Shown: one piece after another, positions 26,061 to 38,340 of the stretch | Layout of the letters: each line of letters starts with the position of its first letter | Position numbering within the stretch: the first letter of the stretch is position 1 | Assembly: GCA_013239625.1 (NCBI GenBank) | Contig: MU054033.1 | Location: forward strand, 372,001 to 436,000 | Source of the DNA: Lama guanicoe | Lineage: Eukaryota | Reading direction: 5' to 3' | DNA length: 64,000 bases | Notes under the pieces: generated by a model | The model's database searches: none | What the model saw: only the letters and a program-made list of their open reading frames with translations | What the model was told of the DNA's origin: nothing | Made by a program: the position numbers and the translations under genes

Positions 26061-26273
26061 TTGAGCTCATGGGCCCACGACTGCATATGCAGCCTGGAAC
26101 CCATCGTGTGTGTGTTTCTGCGGTCTTTAGTTAATCTCCAATTTCGATGTAAAGCTATATGCTACTAAAAGCTGTGCACCGCAGTGTTGGAAGTAAGATA
26201 ATATGGTCCCTAGGCAGAAGATGAGCAAGCACCTTTGCCACCAAACTAAGTGATAAGCAGCCTGCTTTCACAC

Positions 26274-26428
26274 CAGCAGTTCTCAGACCTGGTCCACAGC
26301 CCAACAACTTCAGTTATCTGGGAGGTGTTTGCATGCTAATTCTTGAGTTCATCCCAGATCTGTTGAGTTAGAAACGCAGTGATCTGTGTTTGAACAGGTG
26401 GCCAGTTGTTGGTTCTGCATTGGCTCTA
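26274..26428. mobile_element. MER5-type hAT-Charlie DNA transposon
   Basis: cagcagttctcagac...tctgggagg...atgctaattcttgag...cccagatctgttgagttagaaac...atctgtgtttgaaca. Confidence 0.65.
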
Positions 26429-28493
26429 AACCTGGATGGTGGAACAGAGGTTCTCTGTGCTGTCATGTGTTCCTCCAAAGGCCCACTCAATTCTCAGAGC
26501 CCCATCCCTTCCTCCTGGGCAGCATACTGATGCTTGCTGGCCCAAGAAGCTCTGTTAACACCTCCTTCTTAACGGACACCACCTCTTCGCTGGTTCCCTC
26601 TTCCCAGAAAGAGTCTCTTGGCGCCTTTTCTCAGTGGGGTGTCTTCCATGCCCCTCTGGCCTCTTGCCCCATGACCCGCATATGGAAGTCCCCGAAGCCG
26701 TGACCTGCCTATTTTGTAAGCCCAAGACACAGCATGCTTTTCACTTTCCAGTGCCCCTCTGTAACTCAGTTCATGGGGTTAACCGTGCCCTGCCCCTGGG
26801 GAGCTTGAGCAGGTCCCATGCCTTTTATGCACTCTTACCTTGGTGGGGACATCAGAATGTCTTCTGAGGCAAGGATAAAGCCCCGGACCTGCATATGCCG
26901 ACAGGCCTTCCATTCACAGGCCACGTGCATCTCTCCAGCCTGCTCCCACCACACCAGGACGTGTATCTGACAAGCCTCATGAGCCTCAACTCCTGAATTT
27001 CCTTTCTGTCACCTGACTTTGGGATTTTCTATCCTGATCAGGCCACATAATCCATCATCTCAATAGTCTCTACCATGTTGACTTTCGGGGACCCATCCTT
27101 GCTCCCAGCCTGCAAATCCGTAGCTCCAGATTATTCACCTCTCCTTCTTCACGTGTAGGGAGGTAAAAGTTCTTTGAGCATTGTTGGTAGGAATGCCCAG
27201 TGGGTTTCACCAAGCAACTGGGATGCTAGGGCCGCCAAGCAGAGAATCTCTAAACCAAAAGAGTAAAACTTTAATGACAAGATGGGAGGGAAGCCAGGTT
27301 CTTCACTTTGTTTTTTTCCTCTCAATACTTGGTAACAGGCACCATTTCTTATTTCTGTAGAAAATTACAATTTTCTAAGGCAATCCTTTCTACCCCACAC
27401 CACTTGGAAGGTCTCTGATTACCCAGATTCCTGGCGGTAAAAGCTGTGTTATCCGTGAAATTCGCTTGGCCACTGTGAAGTGCATAATAAAGAAAGAAGG
27501 GCTATGTAATCTATATACGGATTATTCTTTGACATCATAGACAAAGACTGAGAAAACGCCTTAGGGAAATAAAACTCTTGTCATCTAGTTTTTCAGTTTT
27601 CTTTAGAAAGAAGAGAAATTATTCTAAAAATATTTTGAAAATGTCACATTATTCTTTCTGGATCATGTCTTACAGGCAGTATCTAGTTTTGACAACGTCT
27701 TCTGAGTTTAAAGACACAGTAACTATTCAATGTGGTCATACCAATTTCTCCTTATGTCTTTATTAAAATAGTTTATCAAGTAAGAAATAGCCTATTGTTC
27801 AACGTTTTGGCTTTTTCTCCACATACTGTATAGTTTCTTCTCCTTTTCTTTTCTCTTTTTTCCTCCTTTTTTTCTTCCTCCCTTTCTCTCTCTCTTTCAT
27901 TATTTCTTGTACAATCATGTCCCTACATCTTCCACTCAAACAGCTTTGTAAAGTAACCTTTGCTGCTCAAACCAAGGCTTTTATTCCACTCAGGGGACCG
28001 GCTGTTGAACATTTTACCAAATGCTCTCTGAAATCAGTCACTAAATGATAAAATGACATAAAAGAGAGTCGCTTTATTGCAATTTCATGCTTTGCTATTC
28101 TGTTGCCCAGAGTTTCCACTTGGGTAATTTTTTTTTTCAGTGAACCTGCCTGACTTTACAGCTTCTCATTCATCTTTTTTTCGGTTTGGTAGCCTGTTGT
28201 CGATTTCATCTTTAATACGTCGATGGGATGAAATATACAGGAATATTCCAGAATTACAAAAATGAGAAAGAGAACCCTAGAGAACACACCTAGAGCCATT
28301 AGGAGGGAAACAGGTAAGACTCTCTCTGTTTGATAAACTCCACCTATGACATCTTTGTGAAAAATATAATGTAGTTTGGAAACGTATAATGTAGTTTGGA
28401 AGGCTCCATGCTAATGCTTATCGGCAAGCAGTGTAGTTTGCAAGTGCCATAAGTTACTCTGTGTCTTATCACCATTTAAAATGGCATTTTGAA

Positions 28494-28560
28494 GAGTGTA
28501 AACTGACTGCACTTCAATTAAAAAAATATGTATATATAAAGAGAAAAGAAAAAAATAAAA
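28494..28560 (+). mobile_element. Minimal L1 tail insertion with perfect 17-bp TSD
   Basis: tgtaaactgactgcacttcaattaaaaaaa plus A-rich tail. TSD taaaatggcattttgaa at 28477-28493 and 28561-28577. Confidence 0.9.
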
Positions 28561-29199
28561 TAAAATGGCATTTTGAAAGATAAAACTTTAAAACAGCGTT
28601 GGATAACATTCTTCAAGGGACTGTGAAGTAAATTCACGTGGTAAAGCCACTTTTGCCTTGCTGCCTCTTGCCTGAGAGAGGCTGGGGAGAGTCCTTGAGG
28701 GGATCCAGGCCATGTCTTGGATAAACCCAGCCCTCAGATGGGGTCTTAATTGAGTGTAAACATAATTAAAATTGTTGGCTTGAAAGAACTGTGTGGGTCC
28801 GCGGTGAACAGGAATGGCGAGTTGAGATTGGAAAAGAGAGCACTGAGCAGGCTTACCCTAGACTAGTAAAAGGCACCAGGAGAGAGGCCCTCTGCCGCCG
28901 CCCCTGTCTTTATGCCAGCCTCTTTGTGGGAGCAAGTGATCTTGCAGGGCTATTCCATTCTTGGTGCGTGAGAACTCACGAGTCCTCTGCCATATGTTTT
29001 AATCCCTCTGGCCCGTTAAAACAATGAGTCAACATTCATGAAAACCTCCCCGGCAGTCTGTGCTCATTACAGGCAGCCTGTCCTGCGTGTACGAAGCAGG
29101 TAACGAGCGTGGATCGGGCTGGGGAAGGTAGCTCAGCCCCGCCGCCAGGAGAGGGTGCAGGCGTAAGGGTGGGCGCGGGGGAGACACGTAGCCCAAGCC

Positions 29200-29596
29200 T
29201 GTAGTGCTGAATAAAGGTGGCGAGAGCAGGCGTCTTGTCTTGTTCGTGATCTCAGAGGAAATGCTTTCATCTTTTCCCCATTACGTATGACGTTAGCTGT
29301 GGGTTTGTCATCTACTGCCTTTATTATGTTGAGGTGTGTTCCGTCTGTGCCCACTTTCTGGAGAGTTTTGATCATAAATGGATGTTGAATTTTATCAAAA
29401 GCCTTTTCTGCATCTACTGAGACTATCATATGGTTTTTATTCTTCAGTTCGTTAATGTGGTGTATCACGTTGATTGATTTGTGTATATTGAAAAAAATCC
29501 CTGCATCCTTGGATAAAGCTGACTTGATCGTGGCATATGATTCTTCTAACGCGTTGTTGGAGTCTGTCTGCTAGTGTCCTGCTGAGGATTTTCGCT
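29200..29596 (-). mobile_element. L1 ORF2 reverse-transcriptase fragment
   Basis: Translates as [39 protein letters not shown]...[24 protein letters not shown], a clear L1 RT match. Confidence 0.93.
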
Positions 29597-30099
29597 CTAA
29601 TAGGTTTCTCATTCCATCGCTTTGTCCATTGAAAAGGAAGTGAGTCTCAAGCTAATCTGATTAGGAAGCCCGGCGGCTCCTTCACAAGAAGCCTTGTGAC
29701 TGACAGGTCGAAACGGACACGTCAGCACCCCACCACCCCACCGCCCCACCTGACGTCCCCCGCGCCTGCTTCCTCGGGCGGCCAGACTGGCCGCAATTTC
29801 TTGTGTGCCGACCACACTGGGCACAGAAACACCAAGAGAGCCCCGCTGAGTCCCCTGAACCCCAGACCTCTTCTTCCCACCCCCACTTTGTGGCGGCAGC
29901 CCAAGCCTCCCGTAACAGCTGGGGTCAGTTACCCCACCGCACAGCAGGGCCCCTGGACTCCTGCTCACTGAGCTCCTTGGTGGAAGCGCTGCCCAGTGGA
30001 AACCAGGGTCTCCGCTTCAGCAGAGCTTAACTTCACAGGAGCGGGAAGATGTTTCTTTTTTTCCCTTTTCCTTCTTCCTTTCCTTCCTTTCTTCTTCCC

Positions 30100-30262
30100 T
30101 GTCAGTCATTTTGCAGTAGAATGCGTCTGCAGTAAGATGCACGTACCTTACGTGTGCAATTAGGTGACTAGACAAATGTGTATGCCTGTGTACCCACCAC
30201 TGCAATCAGAACATTGAACATTACCATCATCCCTGTAAAGTTCTCCTGGTCCCCTTTGCAAA
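30100..30262 (-). mobile_element. Old L1 (L1ME-like) 3' UTR fragment
   Basis: gacaaatgtgtatgcctgtgtacccaccactgcaatcagaacattgaacattaccatcatccctgtaaagttctcc. Confidence 0.7.
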
Positions 30263-31089
30263 TCCAGAAAATAAAAGTGTTTTTCAGGCAATTCTTTTCC
30301 TCAAGCGTTTTACTACCTAGTAGAACACCAGGATGCGGACACTTTCCTTCCACAAGCTGGCCCAGGAGCCCTCTGTCGGCTTCTGTCTTTTGAAATCTGA
30401 ATTTAGTGGAGCGTGCGTTTCGTGGCTGCTCCAAATCGGGTGCTCGTAGCTAAAGACCATGGCTTGGAGGCACGATGGACTGATAGCGAGTTATTTTTAG
30501 TTTAATTAACAGAACTGACAGAGGAATCAGGAACTCTGTGGCTGGACGAGGCTAAGGAAATTGACTCTTGCCCTTCACTCCTGCCTGGCAAAGCCGGGGT
30601 CCTGGCGCTGGTGAATGCTGGTGCCATTTCTGGGTGAGGGAGCATCTTCCAGACCCCTTCCATTCCTCAGCCTTCTCGTAGTCCTTACCTGTCCTCAAAA
30701 GCCAGGTGGGGCTGCACAGTTTTTAAGGAGGGAGGGAAAATAATTGATTTCTGTTTTCAAGCTTGCCTCCTCACCCTCCCGCGCTCCGCCTCCCGACGTC
30801 TCTACCGGCCTTACTTCCGATTCCCAGCTCTGCCTCTCTCCACCCAGCTCTGTCTTCGCCCTCTTTCTCCTTCGCCGACAAGGACTCGTCAAGGTGTATT
30901 AGGAAGAGCTGGGGGCCAAGGCTGTCAGGGGAGGGTTTGTGCTGAAGGTAGGACTGGACTTGAGAGACTCTGGAGGGAAGAGAAGCAAAACTGGTCCAGG
31001 CTGGGGACATGGCAGGAGCAAAAAGGCAAAGACAAGAATCTGAACAGCACAGAGAGATGGCCCGAATGTACAGGTCTGGGGAATCTGAC

Positions 31090-31285
31090 AGAAACTTATC
31101 AGACGCTGGGAGACTTTGGGCAAGTTATTTAATCTCTAGGACCATCAACGTTCACATCTGTAAAATGGGTGAATAATTAATAGCTATGTTGAGGGTGGAT
31201 GTAAGGTTTGTTGCTGACGTATGTGAAGTGTGTCTGGTGTGCGTGGTGTTCATGAAATGGTGTAAAATGATGGCTATTATTGTAA
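31090..31285 (+). mobile_element. MIR SINE
   Basis: gactttgggcaagttatttaatctct...catctgtaaaatgggtgaataat. Confidence 0.8.
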
Positions 31286-31947
31286 TGGGATGTGGGCAGG
31301 ACGAACGAGGAGACTTCTCTGGTTGAGGGAAGTGCAAGCATGTTGAATTTGAAGAACACAGTAGGAGCCACATCATGGAATATCATTAACTGACATAATT
31401 CCTCTTAAAATCAGCCCCCGCTTCTCAAAGCGTCTTAAAAATGGGAATACATGGAGGAGGCGTAAGACTTGTCATATGCAGTTTGAGATTTTCAGATAAC
31501 AAAGACATTAAAGAATTAACTGCAGTTGCCACCACCGTGTGGCTACGTAATTAACAGGTCAGCACCCTTCATTATTATGACTAAGGCAACGTAAGGAAAA
31601 TATGCTGAGTGACTCTTGATCCTAACGCAATGACTTCCTGTTGTGATCAAAGGATATTCATTACCGTGGTGTTGGGAGAGTGGTAATGTGACCGAGAAAC
31701 TGGCCCTAGGGGTGAGCTGAGTATGAAAGTAACTTTCCAGGGGCAATGCACTCAGCAAACATTTACTCCACAAGTGTGCCTGGAGTGTGGAGTGGGTGCT
31801 GAGCTCTCTTCCAGGCTTCCTGCCCTTACCCCGCACTTCTGCATCCAAGAGATGCAGCTGGAAAATGCCTGGGTTCATGGCTGAATTCATCTCTATTACA
31901 GGGTCTCGTTTCCGCCTGCGTTTGGTATGTATGAGCTCTTCCTACAC

Positions 31948-32160
31948 CTAACTTTTTATTATATTGGAAATACATCCTCCAAGTTACTTTTTTCCCATTG
32001 TGACAAATTTTCTAGGGGTATAGTGGACCTACCACAGGCCACCTATGTTTGTTAAGTTTGGACACGTGTACATCCATTAAATCATCAGCACAAGCAACAT
32101 AATCATCATCACAACTAAGAGTTTCCTATTGTCCCTTGTGGTCCTTCCCTCTCACCCATT
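31948..32160 (-). mobile_element. Old L1 (L1MC/MD-like) 3' UTR fragment
   Basis: taagtttggacacgtgtacatccatt...catcacaactaagagtttcctattgtcccttgt. Confidence 0.6.
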
Positions 32161-32632
32161 ACTAAGTCCTGGAGAAGTGCCATTGGGAGGTGGGGCTACA
32201 ATTTTCCACCCAGCCCCCATTTGTGGGGTGCAGACTCTGCCTTGGGCATGGCACGCCAGAAACACTGGGACCCCAGCTACCCTTGCCCCAGTTCACGAGG
32301 AGCGGTTTCACATCGAGACAGTTGACCGAGAGCACCCCAGGCTTCTGCCCCACCTGTCACCAAACGCTCGGGTTCTGGAGTGGGGGTGCCACTCAGAGAG
32401 AAGCCTGTCGTTGTCCCCACCTCCAGCTTTAGAGCTCTGGCTCAGGATTGTGCCTGGAGAGGAGAGACAGCCCCTGACCACTTCCCAAAGGAGCTGACTT
32501 CATTTCAAATAGAGGGTGGAGAAGCCGAAGCCTAAGGGTGCTCTCAGGAACGGTGGAGATTTTGTGAAAGGGAACGGGAAGGAGATTCAAGGTACAAACT
32601 CAGCTACAGGCCTCGTAGTTTGCGGGAGAGAA
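32161..32632 (+). mobile_element. L1MD-like 5' end fragment
   Basis: ggggtgccactcagagagaagc...ttcccaaaggagctgacttcattt...gcctaagggtgctctcaggaacggtggag. Confidence 0.6.
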
Positions 32633-32634
32633 CT

Positions 32635-32797
32635 GTGGTTTCCTCCAGACACTGCTCCATGTGCTCGTTCCTTCTGATGATGTTGCTTGCTATCTTTTCA
32701 TGTAATAAATCACAAGCGTGCGCATGACTATCTGCGGAGTCCTGTGACTTGTCCTAGGCAATCACTGAAACTGGGGGTCTCGGGGACCCTGGACACA
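32635..32797 (+). mobile_element. ERVL LTR 3' end (LTR40/MER68/MER77-like)
   Basis: taataaatcacaagc...gagtcctgtgacttgtcctaggcaatcactgaaactgggggtctcggggaccctggacaca. Confidence 0.65.
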
Positions 32798-35565
32798 CAC
32801 GGTGAGACTGGGAGTGAACATAAACACGCCAACTTCTCTTTTTCGAGGGCCAGCTTCCTGATGGAGAGCAGGATTCACCTGGAAGCCAAAAGGCAGTGGA
32901 TCCTGGATGGTGCAGAGCAGCCAGGTGAGCGTCCAGAACAGGGCGGGGCAGAACAGGGTGGGAGGGGGCGGAGGGGGTGGAGGCCAATGGCGAAGCATCA
33001 CCAAGGATGCAGAGCCTGTGTTTGCTGTGCCCCCTGCCCGGAAGCAAAGTCCCGGGGAGCCGGGGATACCATGCCAAAGCACACATGCACAAAAGCATTA
33101 ATTTTAAACTTTAAAAATTCAAAACATGGCATTCCAAATTTTGAAAGTCCAAACACAACATTGGGAGCTATAATTTTGGTCTGAAGCTCCCCATGAGTCT
33201 CTCCTTCGGTTGTCACTTTCAACTTCCAAATGCCTTTCTTAGACAGAAGTGCTTTCAATGTCAATAAATTATTTAAACATCACTGTTGAAGAAGACGAGC
33301 AAAATGACCATCATAAGATTAATTTGGGAGCTTTCTTGAAGGAAATCCTGTGTTTTATTATATTAATTGTAAGGAACTTTCATTTTGGTCAAGCCAGGAT
33401 AGTAAGCATCTGAATGATGTTGGCGATTTTCTTGGCTTTTGGTATCAGCATTAATTCATCCATATAATAAATCATTTTTGCCTACCTGCTGTGTGGTAAG
33501 CACTGAACTAAGTTTTTAGCAAATAGGTAAGTTCCATTTGAAGGGCAGTGATTGGTTTTTCTTAGGAGGGAACCAATATTAGACCTTGCAGAATCTGAAG
33601 TCTTTAATCTGTGCAGGATCACATGGTGCCGATGGTTCCCATCTCTCTTTAGTCTCTTTAATTAAGACCTTGACGCTCAAAACCAGGCACTTTGTAGCAT
33701 GTGTCACAGTTTGGGTTTGTCTGATATTTCTTCACAATGGGATGCAGATTATGGATTTTGAGAAGAATGTTAGTGAAGTGTGCTGAGGTCTCATGACTTC
33801 TACCAGTGGCCAGTGATTTCTGTGTCCCACTGTGCCCGGTAGCATCGATCCCTATTTGAACCACAGTGATCACTTTTAAGTTCTCTCTGTTTATTTTGCC
33901 TCTTTACTGGACTGTGATGCTGGGAGAACAGAGGCTGCTGCCCCTGTGCTGAGAAGCTCTGGCCCAGAGTCACTCAATGGATTTTTTTTTTTAGTTAATA
34001 AATGAAAGGTAAGTTAGCACTCAGAAGTACTGATTTAGAATCTTTGCAAAGTACATTCTTTTCCCTTGGGAATATATTTGAGGTGCAGGGAGTGAGTTGG
34101 AGGTAGGAAAACTTAGGAGGGAAGGCGGGGCCCTCTGCATCTGGGTTTTCAGTTGGCAAGCGAATCCCATTGTCCTGTTCATTAATTCACCAGCCCAGCA
34201 TTCAAAGAGCCCATGAAGGTCCACTTTTGGCTTTGTCTCTCAGCCCAGATTCTACCCTTTTTATCCACTGAGTAAAGCAGGCCGTGCTATTATTCCATTG
34301 TTTTGTTGGTTGGTTGGTTGGTTGGTTTTTGTGTATTCATGGAATTTGCAAGACTTGGGACACACACACACATACAATACAAAAGCTAAAACACACTTCA
34401 AAAACACTCTCACTGAATCTGCATAGACATTCTCACGGGGGGCATCATAGTAACAGCCACTCTCTCGCAATCTAATTCAGAGCATGCTTGTGTAGACTGT
34501 ATGCTCAGGAGATGAAAAACCCGTGGCACTTTTTGGTGCAAAGCAGGAAAAGGTCAACTCTTACTTTTTGCTCATCATCACCCCTTTGCACGGCAGTTTA
34601 AACTCTGACTCCTGGCGTGTACAGGGTGCTGGGAATGCAGCCGAGCCTCCACCTGGTTAATGAAAAAGTGTTTTACTTTCTCTTTGGCTCCTTCTTTCCC
34701 TCTCAGTCGTGCATAAATGGGAAACTGAAAACTCACATAAGCATGTTGCAAAAAGTCAAGTGTTTGGAAATGTCATTGTCTTGGCAGATGTAGTCAGTCT
34801 TTTGATCATGGCCAAAATGGTCCCTTGGTAACTTCGTTTTAACCTTATCAGTATTAATTCTTAATGGAGGAGGGCTTCTGCCATATTCTTCAAACTCTTC
34901 AGGACGGGAACTAGCCCCGGGTTTTCCAGGACCCCTCTGGTTAGAATCAGAGTTCCAGGCAACATGTGTCTTCCCCCAACTTTTCTCAATTAAAATTAAA
35001 AAAAAAAAAAGATTTCCCAGCCTTACTGCCAACCTTAGGCCAACCAGCTGGGTTCCATATTGTAAACTGGGTTTGACTCGGGTTTGCATTTTCACTCAAG
35101 CCTGACACTAAGGGTTTTGCAAACCTGGTTTTCCAACCATTCTTGTATATCTAAGTATCTAAGCACACGAGTCACGCCGATGTGCCAAGTGCAGCCAGTA
35201 TGATGTTTGCTTTCGGTGGAAATCAACCCCAAGGGGCAGACTTTGGAAACAGGTTTCTGAAGTCTGGTTCTCTTACATTCGCTGCCTTTGGGGAGTGTGT
35301 CACATCCACCCAGAAAGTAAGAGCAATCATTATTATTTGTCATCATGGTAGAAGAGACAGCGGTAGCAGTATTACCTTTCTCAAGTGAAAGACAGAGTCC
35401 ATTGTCGCTGAACAATTTAAATTTTTCTCTTGGACAGATTTCAGGGAAGTCGTACAGAAGAGGAGAGTGTATTTAGATTTGTTCTTGGGTAGTAAAGCAA
35501 GATTTTCACACCCCTGTGTTGGTGAGTAAGAACCTCATCATGTAACTGTGAATAAGCTATCAAGG

Positions 35566-36325
35566 TGTCATACAGTAAATACTTCATCCAGTCTTTGTCC
35601 CAAGATCCTGGCATGGAGTTTCTAAAACCCTTGGAACTTCCTGAGCGATAGAAATGTCTTCATCATTCATGAGCCCCCTGGATCCCTCATGCTAATGAGG
35701 TGAATGTGGTGGGTCTCTGGAGAGGTTCAGGATGGGTCACCAGAAACACCAACCACGTGATCAGAGAGGGAGAGTTGGGACCCTGAGCTGGCCTGACCTC
35801 TGGGGAGGGGAGAGGGAGAGGCAGATGGGGATCAAGTTCAATCACATGCCAATGATTCGATCAACCGTATCTAGGAAGTCACAGTAAAAACTCTGGACCC
35901 TGAACCAGAGGGGAGTCGTTTGGCTGATAGACACACTGATGTGCCAAGAGGGTAATGCGACCTGATTCCAGGAGGGAAGGGCACGGAAGCTCCAAGTTTG
36001 GGGCCCTCCGAGACCTCACCCGAGTCTCTTCATTTGGATGGTCCTGAGTTGTATCCTTTCAAATAAAACTGTAATTGTATGTATAGTATTGTCCTGAGTT
36101 CTGTGCATTGTTCTAAGAAGTTACCAAACCTGATGGGGGTCATAGGGACTCCTGAACTTGCTGCCAGTTGGTCAGAACTGTGGGTGACCTGGGACCCCCA
36201 GAGCTTGTGGCTGGCATCCGAATTGGGGGCAGTCTTGTGGAAGATGATGACCTTCCCTTGTGGGGTGTGTGCTAGCTCCAGGTCATCAGAGCCGGAACTG
36301 CACTGCAGCACACCAGCTGGCGTCA
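35566..36325 (+). mobile_element. MER21-like ERVL LTR
   Basis: ctaaaacccttggaacttcctgagcgatag...ggtcaccagaaacaccaaccacgtgatcagag...aataaaactgtaatt...ccagctggcgtca. Confidence 0.82.
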
Positions 36326-37449
36326 AAATAAAGGTAGAATAAAAATCTTTGAAGCAGGATAAAAGACAGACCTAATGCACATGTCCGGGTGAATCATTTA
36401 AAGGTGTTTCGAGGGCGGAAGGGTGATTGGACAGGCCGACGACGAGGCTTCCCTACTGACGGTGTGAAAGCACCTTTCTCACGCCTCCTTACCAGACACT
36501 AGGACCGACTTCCATGCACGGACAAGGATGGGGGTTTGTTTTGTGTCTTTGGAAATTTGGGGAAGTCTGGGAAGATGAACTGGTGCTTAGGAGCCAGACG
36601 GCAAGTTCCAGCAAAGAGCTGGGGTGGGAAACGGGCCATTCTCCCCAGGTCGTGTGGATTACATGTTCGCACTGGCTGCTTGGAATTTGGATCCCAGGCA
36701 GCATCAAGAGGCATAAAGAATGGTACCGTCACAATGAGACCTGTGAGCAGCAGTGATCAGACTCTGCTAGTGGCTTCAGGACTGTGAGATGTTGACAAGT
36801 GGGACCTGGACCCACAGGGACAGCACGGCAACGCTAAGTGGTGACTGTGCCTGCTACCCTGGTTGGGAGCTCAAACGAGATACCGCCTGGGGATGCCTGA
36901 AAAGGGTGGGCAGACGGGGGTCCTGCGAGCATGCAGGGGAGGGCCTGGCCGTGCTGCTGTCTGCATGGATGTCTGTGTGGGTGGAGGCCAATGAGGCTGG
37001 TGGCAGTGGGAAATAATAGAGTTTTCTGGACACATGGCAAGGGGCTAATGGATCACTGGACGTGGTTTATAAACAACATTTATTTTAAATTTCAGGCATG
37101 CTTGGATATGCTCACACCAGGCAACATTAAAGTCTGTGGATTAGAGCAAAGGAAAGTTTGCAGACAGATCCGCAGGGAAAATGAAATGCTGGAAAATCTG
37201 ATTGGGTTTAGTCCAATCCTCCCACTGAGATCTAAAAAACCTGGACAAAAAATCTGCATGAAGGAACCAGAAAGCTAGCAAAAGAGCAAGGATTTGAGGT
37301 CACAGAGCCACAGAGCAAGCACCCGTGAGGCCAGCTTTTGGTGCCTTTTCTCCCCCCGAGAGGCATCCAATGATTCTCCAGCAGCTGTTGAGAGGCTGAG
37401 AGCTTCTGAAGCGGTGACATCCAAGAGCACCTTCTGCAGTCATGCTACG

Positions 37450-37612
37450 GTCCTATATTCTGTGCCGTTCAACACGAGGGCCACCGGCTACATGAGGGCT
37501 TTGAGCATTTGACCGAGGGCTGGTGCGATTGAGGGATGAAATTTTTAATTTGATTAACTTATTTAACTTTGATTGATCTATAGTTAAGTTTAAATAGCCC
37601 TGTTTGGTTGTC
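37450..37612. mobile_element. MER3/MER33-type hAT-Charlie fragment
   Basis: gccaccggctacatgagggctttgagcatttga...gaaatttttaatttgattaac...tttaaatagcc. Confidence 0.65.
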
Positions 37613-37614
37613 TT

Positions 37615-38108
37615 TGTAATAGGGAAGAACAAATCTGACTCCACATGGGATCTGTTTTTTTTTTCACTTTAATCTTCGTAGTCTATTGCTTTTGCTACAA
37701 ATTAATCACTAAAGGAATGTTGCCTAGAAGCTTAAATTATACATAATAGCCCATCTCTTAGACCCTGCCTCCCAGGTAACCAGCATTAAGCTAAAATACC
37801 TTTGTTTAGCTCACAGGAAACATCCTGACCACACCCACCTGTGAAGGACTACAGGAAGGAGGAAATTCACACCCCCCTCTGGAGGCTGACCGACCGGAGC
37901 CAGGAAATGTTTGACTTTACTCCCTCCCCTTTTAGTGTGAAAGAAGCCTGAATTCTAACTCAGGCAAGATGGCTCTTTGGGACACTAGTCCACCATCTTC
38001 TCGGTCTGCTGGCTTTCCAAATAAGTCACTATTCTTTGCCCCAACAATTCATCCTTTGATTTATTGGCCTGTATTCTGTCAAGCAGTATGAGCTTGGACT
38101 TGGTAATA
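37615..38108 (+). mobile_element. ERV1-type solo LTR
   Basis: TGTAATAGGGAAGAACAAATCTGACTCC start, ctagtccaccatcttctcggtctgctggctttccaaataag R/U5-like block, end cttggtaata. Confidence 0.78.
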
Positions 38109-38194
38109 TTACCTTCCCTGCTGCACATCACAGGTCCAGAGGTCCATGAGGTCCTTAGGAAGGGAGGGTGACAGGTCACGAATGCTGGCTTGGC

Positions 38195-38340
38195 CCAGAA
38201 TAACTGTGAGAACTTGGGGGGGATTCGTTTCCTCCTCCATGTTCAGTTTCTTCATCTATAAAAAGGAAATAAATCAGCTACCTCGTAAGACTTTTTCATA
38301 GATGACAGCCTGCACATAGGCATTCAATAAAGATTAGATG
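38195..38340 (+). mobile_element. MIR SINE fragment
   Basis: ttcagtttcttcatctataaaaaggaaataa...gcacataggcattcaataaa. Confidence 0.65.

Noticed and set aside
25560..26168. 202-aa and 188-aa overlapping ORFs
   Set aside because: Expected by-product of stop-codon scarcity in a CpG island; no homology recognised.
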